A DNA stretch of 64,000 nt. Source: Pecten maximus (lineage: Eukaryota). A model generated the notes under the pieces. The model saw only the letters and a program-made list of their open reading frames with translations. It had not been told where the DNA came from and made no database searches. The position numbers and the translations under genes are program-made. Shown one piece after another: positions 24,395-37,200 of this stretch. Positions within the stretch are counted from its first letter, which is position 1, and every line of letters begins with the position of its first letter. The stretch covers positions 34,720,001 to 34,784,000 of the forward strand of contig NC_047016.1 in assembly GCF_902652985.1 (NCBI RefSeq), in the 5' to 3' direction.

Positions 24395-25616
24395 AATGAC
24401 ATAGTTCCTTGGCTACTGATACTGCAGTATTAGTCAATGGCATAGTTCCTTAGTTACTAATACTGCAGTATTAGTCAATGATATAGTTCCTTAGCTACTA
24501 ATACTGCAGTATTAGTAAATGGCATAGTTCCTTAGTTACTAATACTGCAGTATTAATCAATGGCATAGTTCCTTAGTTACTAATACTGCAGTATTAGTCA
24601 ATGATATAGTTCCTTAGTTACTGATACTGTAGTATTAGTGAATGACATAGTTCCTTAGTTACTGATACTGTAGTATTAGTCAATGTCATAGTTTCTTGGT
24701 AACTAATACTGCAGTATTAGTCAATGACAGTTCCCTAGTTACTGATACTGTAGTATTAGTCAATGATATAGTTCCTTAGTTACTGATACTGCAGTATTAG
24801 TCAATGATATAGTTCCTTAGTTACTGATACTGTAGTATTAGTCAATGGTGTAGTTCCTTAGTTACTAATACTGCAGTATTAGTCAATGGCATAGTTCCTT
24901 AGTTACTAATACTGCAGTATTAGTCAATGATATAGTTCCTTAGTTACTGATACTGTAGTATTAGTGAATGACATAGTTCCTTAGTTACTGATACTGTAGT
25001 ATTAGTCAATGTCATAGTTTCTTGGCAACTAATACTGCAGTATTAGTCAATGACATAGTTCCCTAGTTACTGATACTGTAGTATTAGTCAATGACATAGT
25101 TCCTTAGTTACTGATACTGCAGTATTAGTCAATGATATAGTTCCTTAGTTACTGATACTGTAGTATTAGTCAATGGTGTAGTTCCTTAGTTACTAATACT
25201 GCAGTATTAGTCAATGGCATAGTTCCTTAGTTACTAATACTGCAGTATTAGTCAATGACATAGTTTCTTAGTTACTGATACTGTAGTATTAGTGAATGAC
25301 ATAGTTCCTTGGCAACTGATACTGCAGTATTAGTGAATGACATAGTTCCTTGGCAACTGATACTACAGTATTAGTCAATGGCATAGTTCTTTGGCAATGA
25401 TACTGCAGTATTAGTGAATCACATAGTTCCTTGGCTACTGATACTGCAGTATTAGTGAATCACATAGTTCCTTGGCTACTGATACTGCAGTATTAGTCAA
25501 TAACATAGTTCCTTGGCTACTGATACTGCAGTATTAGTCAATGACATAGTTCCTTGGCAACTAATACTGCAGTGTTAGTCAATGACATAGTTTCTTGGCA
25601 ACTAATACTGCAGTAT
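24395..25616. repeat. 41-bp minisatellite with internal 20-bp palindrome
   Basis: Unit CATAGTTCCTTAGTTACTAATACTGCAGTATTAGTCAATG(G/A), about 30 copies. Decayed related sequence lies at about 23270-23550 and 24190-24395. Confidence 0.97.
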
Positions 25617-25970
25617 GGTATCAAGACGATTTACACATCAAAGTGGAAGTTTAAACAGTAAATTGGTAATTGAATGATTATAACACTGATACTCCTGAAG
25701 TATTCATTAGTCTAGAGGATGAACGGAAGTTTAGAAACAGTTATTGTGAATAGCAATCATGTTGATTGTTTACTTTTTAATTGATTTCTGGTTGATTTTT
25801 AGACCGGTCCCAAGGTAGCGTGAGTGTTTTGATGTTATAATTGTATTACTGCAGTGTTCAAAGGATAAAGTTGATTTTTTTGTCTTTATACTTGAAATAA
25901 CAAAAATAAGACCAGGGTAATAGTACATGTTACTAGATGACAATTGTAGATCAGATTTATGTCACTTCAT

Positions 25971-26453
25971 TTGCATGATCGTAAGAGGCGACTAAATTTG
26001 GGATCTTATCTTTTCTCTTCTTTCTGAACAACTATCTTCTTCCTAATGTCTCCATTGACAATGCCTCACTTTTGGCCTTTAGATGAGCGTTCGCCGCTGT
26101 GAGGAAGGCTTTGGGTTCTGCCCCCTGGCCGAGACATCCCAGAGTCTTAAAAATGGTAGTTGCTGCTCCTGCTTATATAATTAGCGCTCAGCATATTAGG
26201 AGTTGGACGACTGGTTCACCCGTTATCAGTATAATGTGACCGGGTGGGGTGTGATGCTGGGTGTCTTCGGCAGTATGCTTCAGTGAGGTAGCACTATAAA
26301 TCGGTAAAAGTTCCGGCCTATCACAAGGAGACTAACACGAACATACCGCAACCTTCCAAAACACACATACGCACTCATGCATGTCGCACGCACGGGAGAC
26401 CGTCCTTAAATCACCTTAGCTGTTAATAGGACGTTAAACAAAATAAACCAATC
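25971..26453 (+). mobile_element. Meta-domain SINE (family B), plus copy
   Basis: Leader with CGTAAGAGGCGACTAA, a decayed internal tRNA-like segment (about 26070-26135), and Meta-like AAAAATGGTAGTTGCTGCTCCTGCTT..AGCGCTCAGCAT. The tail CGTCCTTAAATCACCTTAGCTGTTAATAGGACGTTAAACAAAA is shared with family A. Confidence 0.85.
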
Positions 26454-26499
26454 ATTAAGTTAAATCGCTGCAACAACCGGATTGACCATAAGAAACAAA

Positions 26500-26708
26500 A
26501 TGAACTGAGTTACACGATATGTCACCGTATACTAATTTTTTTTTGACCCGTATGTTATATTTAGTGCGCGAGTGGTCTTCCGGTAGGAAACAAAGGTACT
26601 CCACGTGGTCTGACAGGTGGCCTCTATACATTTTCACGTCCGATCGAGGAGTCGAACTCCGGCCGCCGAGGTAAAAGGCGAATGTGCTATCATTGCGCCA
26701 CTCGACCA
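26500..26708 (-). mobile_element. Old tRNA-derived SINE (family C), minus copy
   Basis: The minus strand reads GGTCGAGTGGCGCAATGATAGC...GGAGTTCGACTCC (A/B-box-like). Homologous to 20281-20527. The 3' boundary is approximate. Confidence 0.72.
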
Positions 26709-27843
26709 TGAGTTGTAGATGATGTCATAAATACATATTGCTTATTGGGTGTGTTGACCTTTAGGCGACCTTGTGTCTAGAGAACATTGACTAATTAATC
26801 TAGTAGTGGTTACTTATTTTCTAAAGCAGAATGTTTATTGTATCAAGCCCCTGTTATTTATACCAATTTAGGAAAAACTGCTATGTGTCTTCATTTAATT
26901 TACAAATATTGAATTAGTAGTCATGGTATTGGCAATTGTAAGCTTCAGGGTTGTAATTATCAGCGAAGAACATGTTGAATTACCATCTCGGTCTTTCTGT
27001 ATATGATATAACGACGTTGGTGCCTATTAAGTCATGGTTGTGGAAGGTGGGAAATGTAATTTAGGTGGACACTAAAAATATTGACATACATTCTAGATCG
27101 TTTCCAAACCGTTAATGAGAACAAAACGATGAAAAAGGGCAAAGTATTAGATATCTGGCAGACATTATCGAAAACAAGGAGAGAATTAATATCCCGTTAT
27201 AAATTCAAAGTGTCATTTTTTCTCGATAGCACATGGAAAACCTAGTTTAAAATTTAAGTACCATATACATCAGCTTCAGATAATTATAAATTGACAGAAA
27301 AATTAATGTGCTTTGTTTCTCTGTGTAATATATTCACACCTCCAATCGATAATTGTATAGCTAATGTCTTTTTGTGTATAAATACATTTCAATTCGTATT
27401 GAGGCTGGACACGGGGACACCTACGAAGTTTTATGTGTTTATTTTGTCACTAAAATCCAAAATCTAAAACGTTACTTGTGCGTATGGATTTGTGTCTTAA
27501 TTTTAAATCCCCGGTATTAATACGCTGAAATTAAAATTCGTTGATGTTTAAAAGTAAATGTGATCATTTTGTTTTAAACGCGTAGTTATGCTAACTGCTT
27601 ATATAATTACAATGATAAACATACTTTCTTAATGATTGACAATATGATAAAGTCTGTAAATAATCATCGGCGGACTATATTTCAATGAGTAAATACGCAG
27701 CACAGGCTCTAGTGCCGAATGTGCAATGAACTTTGTATAAAATTTCGTTCGTTGAATTGAATTTGTCCAGATACAAATTCAATATAAATTGCCTCCCTAA
27801 ACAACCTCAAATCGTCGCCCCGTGCAATATCAAAATAGATGTA

Positions 27844-27937
27844 CAGTCAAATCTCGTTATCTCGAAGTTCTGCATTATTTTGCTTTATTTTCGGAATTGA
27901 ATGTTGCATTCTTGTTCGAGATAAATCGGTTTGACTC
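27844..27937. mobile_element. Small TA-flanked MITE (Tc1/mariner-pogo type)
   Basis: Imperfect TIRs CAGTCAAATCTCGTTATCTCGAA ... TTCGAGATAAATCGGTTTGACTC, with TA on both sides. Confidence 0.7.
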
Positions 27938-30736
27938 TATTGTACGACATTTAAAAAATAAGGTATCATTAATATCCCACGTAACCGCAAATGAACTAAT
28001 TTACTTCTAATTTAACAAATCCCATTTTCTGTAACCCCCAAACCTGAAAGAGGCTCACCCATTAAAGAAGAACAACGACGAACTTCATAGAGGGAATCAC
28101 AAACCGCGACGATACGAGTTTTATCAACTCCTTCTGTCGGATCCCATACAATGATTATGATGTAATGAGGTACACCGTCAGTATATATACCATTTAACAT
28201 TTGTGTTAATGGATGAGTTGTGCGTAACCTCGTTTTCATTCGTCAATAAATGTTGCTACAAGTTCATGTCACTCTTCTGAAATTGATAGCGATTCAATCT
28301 GTTACAAAAGTCAATCTCATTTTCGGCCTATAAGACTGAATCGTAACATCAATACTGGATTAATATCAATCATAGTATAGCAACATTTGTCACAATTACA
28401 CAATTACAAACCAGAGGGACAAATCTATGGGACGAATTATCAACTTGATTCCTGTGAATTGGTTCTATATAGCCCGTTAACACTACTGCGCTGTGCGTTA
28501 TGATGTGGTGCTTCTGTTTGCAGTACACACGGTATTGGTATTGCTAATATATTTCATTTGTGACATGACCTTGTCTTGTCGCGAACGGTTATTGAATACC
28601 ACGAGGTACAGATATATGGTATATTGACAGAAACCGTCTGAGAAAACAAGGCCCATGTTGAAGACCACACGCTGTGAATTCCTTAAAACAACAACAAAGC
28701 AATCAAAATATCAATAACACCTGCTTTTATGTCGGATCGTACACGAAATCCCACTTCATGTCGGATTGAAAACTAGTCTGAAGATTATTTCGTGAAGAAA
28801 CAGTCTCTGACAGAGTGGGATTAAAGTTTCATGAAACGTATTTGAGATCGAATGAAATTCAAAATTCTTTTAACATAAAATCGAGAACGTTTGACAGTGT
28901 TATGCAATATGCTAGTTTTCATATCACTATTGAAATAGGAGCTTCCGCCATCTTTGTTTCATGACTAATGTGTTTCATTTGGAGTACTTATTTAATCTTA
29001 AAGTATTAGAGACACCATCATAGACCAATGCAACTATTTTTACTCAAATTGGTTGTCGCTGATTTAGTAATTTCTCATTGCATACGAAGTTTTTTTTCAA
29101 GATTGTACAACTCTACCGAAGAAGATCGGTGTTAATTAAGTACTTAACAGGTGGCCATACAATTTTCTACTTCCTGTTATTTGTACTCTCTGGCACCACA
29201 TTCTAATGACGTCAAGCAAAAAAGCATGTGCCATTTTGTACTACTCAATATGATTTAACACTTTAGACTTTTTCAAATGTGAACATTAATGTTCTTATCC
29301 AAATGCTATCAATTGCTGTATATGCTTGTCCAAATAGGAGACGGACGTTGCTAGGACGTGGGGACTTGTATTCTAGCAATATGTTTCGTCCGTATCACAA
29401 CAGAAATTCTGCTGTCTTTAATGTAATTGGAATAAAAAGTCTGATTTGCCAAAAACAAAAACATATCAACATTGTAACATGTTTACGCCTCTTTACACAT
29501 CCAGGAAGCATTTTACGTTCTTTTGAAACTCGAGAAACGAAGACGACCAGATATCCTTTCAAAGAAATCTTGTCAAATATATATGATATGTTATGATATG
29601 TAAAAACATTTAAGCAACTCATACCTATTGTAGTTAAATCCTTATCAACGAACAGGAACTCTCAGTGTTACCCGGGGCAACTGGTCAGGTCAGATAAACG
29701 TTTGATATAATGTGGATCGACCGTATAACCAGTATTGTATGTTACAAGCTTTCTTCTGATGCCGATGTAATGTTGTCGTCTCTCCTCTTACCTAGATCTG
29801 ACTATGGCTCTAGCCCCTGAATTGCGATCGTTTCCGTGACAAGATATTCGTTTTTCAACATTGATCAGATAACTAGGTTACGACATTGAGGCAGGATGAC
29901 ATTGTTTCCACATTAAAAACGGATGTCGTGCGATAATTGTTCTGCATTGTTTGCTGATCTCACGTGACACAGCAAGTTATGTCATGTGATTATCGTACTG
30001 TTGTCAATGCACTTGTTAAAACAACTAGAAATCTCCTCAGATTTATGTGTTCCGCCCTGTTAAGTCATTATATGTTACATACAAAGCCGTGACGACATCA
30101 AGCACGGCGACCTCCCATATCTCGTGTGTTCCCGTTGTGATAACGAGAGTTACTATCATCGATCTAGCCGCGTAGAGGTATTAAATTATTGGATCATGAC
30201 AAAGCTCTGTCGTCTGTTAGTGTTGGGACCTTGTTACTATGTCCTAATGAGAATGTTTGATGTTCGCCGGTGATAATCGAAAAGTATTTAATTGTGTAAC
30301 GGTTACAATATGATCAATCCACTCGCATTGGCGCCATAGTATTACGGAGAAATCGGCACCGGAAATGGACGAGGTTTATGCAGACAGGTATAATAATTTG
30401 TTCAGGTGACAAAGCGGCAATAAACAGAATCTGATATTGATTTTTTCCCCTGTCTATTTACCTAATATGTCTTATTTCTGAGATGTTTAGGACATAGGAT
30501 ATTATAAGAGAAAATACTAAAAATCGTCAAATGGACTTGTTTCTTTATTATCATTAAACATCAGTATCTCATTCTGATAATAAACATAAACACAGTTAGT
30601 TTTAGTGCTCTGTATTAGTCACAAAGAAATTAGTAATAGGATTCGTTATAATCGTATTATATATTTTAGCTTACCGAAACCTTTGTTAACAATTTTTCTC
30701 TGAACATGAAAATAGTGTAAATATACCTGACCTATT

Positions 30737-31060
30737 ATCGACAGTATTTCTGTCAACACACCTCGCATGATGTCGATATTAATTACGTCAACATACCTGT
30801 TCAAATGTCGACATTAATTATGTCAACATACCCGGCAAAATGTCGACATTAATTATGTCAACATACCTGTTCAAATGTCGACATTAATTATGTCAACATA
30901 CCTGTTCAAATGTCGACATTAATTATGTCAACATACCCGGCAAAAAGTCCACATTAATTATGTCAACATACCCGGCATAATGTCGACAGTATTTCTGTCA
31001 ACACACCTCGCATAATGTCGACAGTACTTCTGTCAACACAACTGGTCGAATGTCGACAAT
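30737..31060. repeat. 35-bp minisatellite
   Basis: Unit TGTCGACATTAATTATGTCAACATACC(TGTTC/CGGCA)AAA, about 9 copies. Confidence 0.9.
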
Positions 31061-34000
31061 ATTACTGAACGGTAAGGGATACATGATTACCCACTTTCGA
31101 TATGTCAATGTATGATACCTATACTCATGATTTAAACTCAGAACATTGTCACTTCAGCTTTCCCTCCCCTCTGTTCTCCCCCTAGTGACATACATAATGT
31201 AAACAGCATGCTTTTTTATTTACACATCTGGGTGTTTCGGAAAGGGAACTGTAGGGAAAAGCAATTGCTTCACAGTTGATTGACCAATACAGAGCTGTTG
31301 GCGAAATCCCATGCTTACAAAGAGAATGTATCGGATAAAAACAAAAAGAGCGTCACGGCTCAGTGAATTAAGTTATCGAACGGAAAAGACGTATGGACAA
31401 AAATTATGAAATTGTAAAAATTGAAGTACGCTTTCATGTTCTAAGTTAACATGACTTGTAACATGCCCTTCGGAAATTTTGTATGCATACAAGTATAATG
31501 AAGAAATAAACAGCCATTGTTTTGGAAAAGGGGACAAAATCATTAGGATAATGGTAAATTGATATTGCAATATCGGAATTACTTAAAGAAATGCATATGA
31601 TAAAGCAGTATGTACACGTGAAACTAGGTTTGTTTCTCGTCATTACGTTTCATACAGGGTCAAGTTCATATTAAGAATTTTCACGTTCTTAGCAGACTTG
31701 GGGCTCTTGAAGTGACACATTTACATTAATATCGTTCTCTCCCACTTGATTTTTTCAAGGGTGCAAATGTATAGTGAATTCAGTTTTTGTTCAATGACGT
31801 TATCATTGCATCATAGTGAGACACCTCAGTGAGTAATTCACAAAGCGTGTTGGTAGTTTCGTATTTTAGTTTCGTATTATATCGTACGTAATTTTGACTT
31901 TCATACGAATTTTGATAGAACAAAAATGAAGTGCACTCTGTGGGTGTTGCCCGTATTGTTTAATTTGTACAGAATTTTCTCTTAATATAAACATTTCACG
32001 ATGAATTACAGAACACTGCCTATGACGGCGAGACGAAACGTAGCAATAGACGGAGACAAGAAGGCGATGTACCACTAGCTTATAACTTAATTACGTATCT
32101 ATATACATTTACAATAATTCATTACTTATATCAAATTAATTTGATTGAATGAATTTGAAATGATTCTATGAAAGTGCAATAGTACTTTTTAAGTATTTTA
32201 AACCATCATACACATAGCTTAATGAATGACTAGACGTTGTTTACGGCGGATGTACACACTGACGGATACTGGTAGATACATGCATGTATTACTGCGCAAT
32301 CTAAGCGTTATATGGTACAAGTGACTAGTGGTGCGCTGCCGGTGTCGATATGATGCAATTGGCAGTTCGACCCTACATCACACTTCACCAACAGAAACAG
32401 TACAGTCTCCTCCAAACCCTTTCAGATATGTGCCAGTAGATGAAAAGGTGGCGTGGAACTAGTAAATTTATTTGACGCTTGCGTGAAGCAGATCAAAAGC
32501 TGAGACAATTAGATCAATCTCGCATTATTGCTTCGTGACAGACTCGTAATGGCCCGTCCTGTGCCCTGGCTGCCTCTACGCATGCGTGATAAACCGACGG
32601 ATATCATGCCGCTAATATGGGGATATAGGCTCTCAGGTTTCGGGTCATTAATGCTCGATTATCGGCGAGGTGTCGTCTCAAGCAGGCTTTAAGAAAAGTC
32701 CTCGGAAATACTGAAGTAAGCAAGACAAACGCACAAAGAAACCACACCGTCATATGTATTCAGACACTGAGTATTTGATGGATCGCACATCACTAACAGG
32801 GGGAATACACGAGTCTTGTACGTATTTGCATTTGTTGTCAACTTATACAGCTTCAAATACTACATACAGTGCATTATCTTGAAAAAATATGTTTTCGTTT
32901 TAATTGTGTAGATGATGAACTTTTTTTCGGAAATTTAATTTTGGTAACTAAAGAAATTAACACTTAAAGACGATATCATGATTCAATGATATTTATACAT
33001 AAATGTTTGAATAGATGTTCTCTAAGACGACTAAGAACGGAAGATTCATTGAAATGCCGAACTCTAGAAAATGTCAAGGTTCAGCAGAATAACGAGGAAA
33101 AACAGAAGGACCATTGTGACATCAGAGGTACAATCTAGGATTCATTTTATCAGTCTTCTGTAACAGGAAGCTATCGACACATTATTGTCTCCATAGAAAT
33201 AAGCTGTATTTGTCACGAGGTCTGAAGCGCCTCTCGTAATTTTGAATACTCCAATTTGTATAAGAAGCAGTCATGGCGTCGTGTCTTTGTCACAAACTCG
33301 TCATTATAAGAAGGTGCGATATTGATTTTCCCCTGTAAAATGCTCAATATTTAGAACTTTTATTACGATGATTATCGAAATGTGATTTTCACTGAGAATT
33401 CATTTTTCTCTCTCGATTTTTTAAAGCTATTTTCAAAAAAGCAAGTATTCTAATAATGATAGCAATAAGCATGGCGGAGAGGTATTCGAAGGGATACTAG
33501 TTGATGTCAATGAGGTCCAAAAGGGGGATTTCATAGATTTCACGCATTTCCGACTTTGGTTTAATATAGAGTGATTTGGAAAGGTAAAAATAAAGAGCAT
33601 ACATAAATCACCTATATTCGTACTGTTTTGTTATCAAGGCACGATTGTCCAACCTACGGTATAGTTTTGTTGTTAAAAATCGCTGAAAATTGTTGTCACG
33701 ATAAAAGAATATTCAGTTTTAAAACACGATAAAGTCTCGTGAGGTTTTATGTTTAAAATGTTTTACGTTTCCATTTTTTTGTGAAAGTACATACAAATCA
33801 TATTAAGCTCCGTAACCATTCAATGACAGATATTGTATAATTCTTGTCAAAGGTCTTTGGTTACCATAGCAACCGCGATCTACAAAAGGTATATCCTCCT
33901 TGGGAGGAACGATGAGTTACGTTTTATTATTAACCCCATTGATATTAAGGTCGTTGGCAAGATGAAAAAGACAAACCGGATACACATAACACCAGAACAC

Positions 34001-34628
34001 GGGGAACCTCTGTCAAGGTAGCTTCCGGTGGTTATAATAAAATAAAAGAAAATGGCATTTCAAAAGATGCAGCGTTTTCCACTTGGTTATTAACACGCTT
34101 GAAAGAAATAGGATTAAAAATATAGCGCTTTTGTTTGCATCAAACGATGTTGTCGGAATACGGTCCTTTGTCGTTTCTTTGTATACTACAGCTACTGATC
34201 GAAACGTGTAGTTAGGATATCCGAAACGAGCATTAATCCTCAGAATGGATGTTACATTTACATTTTCTTAATAGTCGCGTTTCTTTTTGATGGTTTGGTT
34301 CTCGGCGAGATATACATCTTAATAAGGTCATTTTAATCAGAAAAAGAGAAAGAGAATAATAGAAATCAAACAATTCCCTAGGCCTTACACTCTACAAAAC
34401 AGTCTTAAAAATCGGTCGATAAAAAAAATAATAATGAAGAGAATACTAGTGCCTGCCTGCAAACGGGACCGTAATTCAAACCTAAAATCGATGAAATGAG
34501 GGCAACACTGAACAAAATATATCTGCATGTAGATCCTTAAAAAATGTACAATCATAATAGAATTATAGGTTCCGTAGTGGTAAGCGTCTTTTTATCCATA
34601 GACGACAAGCGCCAGGCAAATATAGGTC

Positions 34629-34669
34629 AAACCCGTCTTGGCCGTAGACACTACGGCCAAGACGGGTTT
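34629..34669. repeat. Perfect 19-bp inverted repeat with 3-nt loop
   Basis: AAACCCGTCTTGGCCGTAG-ACA-CTACGGCCAAGACGGGTTT. Confidence 0.95.
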
Positions 34670-35677
34670 TGTCCGTCGCATTCAGAATTGCAGATAAGTG
34701 TTATATATATAGAATGCGAAGCTAATAGATCTAAATGTCTGATGCTAGACCTATGCCGACACTCAACTCTGCATAAGAAAGAATAGTTCTTCTCAATTGT
34801 TGATAAGTATCTTTCTACTTCTGCTATCCTGGCTGCAAATTAACGTCTTTAATTGAGAATCTCGCCTGGATTGCCGATTGTTGGAGCTACTTGACATCTT
34901 AAGTCGTGACCCAAAAAGCTTGGATAGGTCAGTAGCTTAAAATAAACAACGATATAGGGACATTTAAGCTATACGGGCTCCAGTCGACAGATCGACTGTG
35001 CAAATGGAGTAAAATTAATCAACTAATTGTTATCCAATCCAATCCACTTCCGGCGCGGACAGACATGAAAGGCCATGAGTTCAGAACGAGGCTGGTTACG
35101 AGATCCCCTACATGGCTGGCGTATTTACGACAGATAATGAAGATGGAACAAAAGGCGGAAAAAAGACGAACTTCCGCGGCTAACAAGGCTAGTCTAAGTA
35201 CTGGTCTTCATATCTCAGCGTCCAACCGCTCTCCTTTGTACAACAGATTTGAGCTCTAAAGATGAGGACGGCATTTAAGTATAATTTGTCTGCGATGGCA
35301 TTCTAATAAAACAGCAGCAATAATCAATATCTCCTTCTTTGTGTCAACGAAAGTTATTTGTGCAGATTTTTTCTGTGTGATAATAATGGATTTTTAAATG
35401 CAATTCTCGTAACATCATGTTTTTGACATCCACAAACGTAGCTCTTTTAATCATGTTTGATGTCTGAAGAAAATCTTACCTTTTCACGATATGTATAGTA
35501 CATATTCGTTAATCTAGACAATTCATGCGCTAATTCGATGACACAGCTATTAAATCGTTTTCTGCGTCAGACAGGAAAATAGAGATTCCAGCATTCGAAA
35601 ATGAGTGATTTGTCAACGCTCCATTATAACATTAATATTTTGAAGTTTAATATACTACTATATCAAAGCAACGTAGC

Positions 35678-35853
35678 CCTCTCGAGGCGGTTCACAAATT
35701 TTATCCGTGGTCGTCGGGCTTTTAGCAACCAGCCAATGTCTTTCTCCTACTCCCTGGGGAGGATGCAGCCGGAGCTGCCATTTCGGCGCTAGTGGCATAC
35801 CCGCGACATTTCTTGCACTACTATACCATGTACTCATTTAAAGCTGGGACGAC
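35678..35853 (-). mobile_element. 5'-truncated CORE-type SINE (family D)
   Basis: Aligns with 42890-43085 (CCAATGTC, CGGAGCTGCCATTT.GGCGCT, CATGTACTCATTTA). Confidence 0.7.
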
Positions 35854-35854
35854 T

Positions 35855-36145
35855 TCATTGCATTAAGGATGAGTGTTTATCGATGTTTTATTGTACGAAG
35901 GTGGCCGAGCTCACGAGGTCTCTTTGTGCGGAGGTGGTTGGATTGTTGAGGTTTCATTATGCAAAGGTGACTAGATTGTCGAGGTTTCATTGTGCGAAGA
36001 TGGATGGATTGTTGAGTTTTTACTCTACAAAGGTGAGTGGATTATGGAGATTTCCTTGTACGAAGGTGGATGGAGCATTGTGGTTTAATTGTACAAAGGT
36101 GGCTGGATTATTAAAGTGTGATTGTACAAAAATGACTGGATTATT
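35855..36145. repeat. Degenerate ~33-bp tandem repeat
   Basis: Unit similar to GGTTTCATTGTGCGAAGGTGGATGGATTGTTGA, about 8 decayed copies. Confidence 0.7.
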
Positions 36146-37069
36146 TATACTTTTCTTCCTATAGATATATCATATCTATGTTGACGTGTTCAGTGTTGTT
36201 GTTGTTGTCGGCATATCCCTCCGTTTAACGGTATATGAAACCATAACAGTGTACCTACAAAGAAAGCCTGTTCATTATCTACCGACAATGACCGATGTAC
36301 ATTTTGATTACGTTTCGTGATCTTTGATATTTCATACAAAGTAAAAACTTCAAAGGCCAAATCCCTCGCTGTCTTCCCGAGCAACTACGGAAGCCTTGTG
36401 AAAATAATGATCTCGCTTTAACTATTTATCGATTGTTCACGAACGGGTAGGTTGGCAATCCGTGTTGAGATACGTGTACTAGAGATAGAGCGACACGGTA
36501 CCAGTCGTTATTACGGCCTATTTGTCTCGCTGACCGATATAATCCTCCGTACTTACATTTGTATCTAATGAGTATTTTAAAATCCAGTCTTCCATGAAGA
36601 GACGATGAATGTTGGTAGATAGTATCACGTCTTCAGAAGCATTGTTTTGTCTGTGAAATTGGAGAAGTACATTGTTGTTTCTTTCTATTGTCTTTTATCT
36701 ATATGCATGTATATGCTAATTACTCTTCCTGAAGCTCACTGATTGGTTATATTTACATTAGTTTTTTTATTTCATATTTTATTTTTATATTGATATATCA
36801 TTGATCGAAATAAACAAATTAACACGTTTGAAAGGAAATACTTAAGGCAATAAGATTGGTTGATTTTATTCAATTCAAATGTTTACTAAAAAAATGTGAT
36901 TTCATAAATATTTTCATAGCAATACATATACAAACATACGTAAAGGTTCAATATAAGTAGAGTATTAGATTATACCGTTCCTGGTATAATCTCAGATTTG
37001 TCAGCTGACAAAATATAACATAATAAATATAATAATTCTGAAAGTGATATACTATAAGAATTATTATTT

Positions 37070-37200
37070 TCAAATGCTTGCAATTGTCACTGTTCAGTTC
37101 CATCAACTACATCACTGTCCAATCATAAACTTTATCAATGTCATCCTGTAGCGACGAGTTACATCTATTCGCGTCGTCGGCAAACATTTTGACTGTTGTG
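37070..37200 (-). mobile_element. Short CR1/L2-type LINE RT fragment
   Basis: The minus strand translates to VKMFADDA...SLQDDIDKVYDWTVM*LMELNSDNCKHLKI, matching the non-LTR RT motifs FADD / LQxDLDxLxxW / WLMxFNxxKC. Confidence 0.75.

Noticed and set aside
24395-25616. CRISPR-like appearance of palindromic 25-44-bp repeats (also 30737-31060, 52034-52437 and 57105-58455)
   Set aside because: Units are head-to-tail with no unique spacers, there are no cas genes, and the context is eukaryotic.
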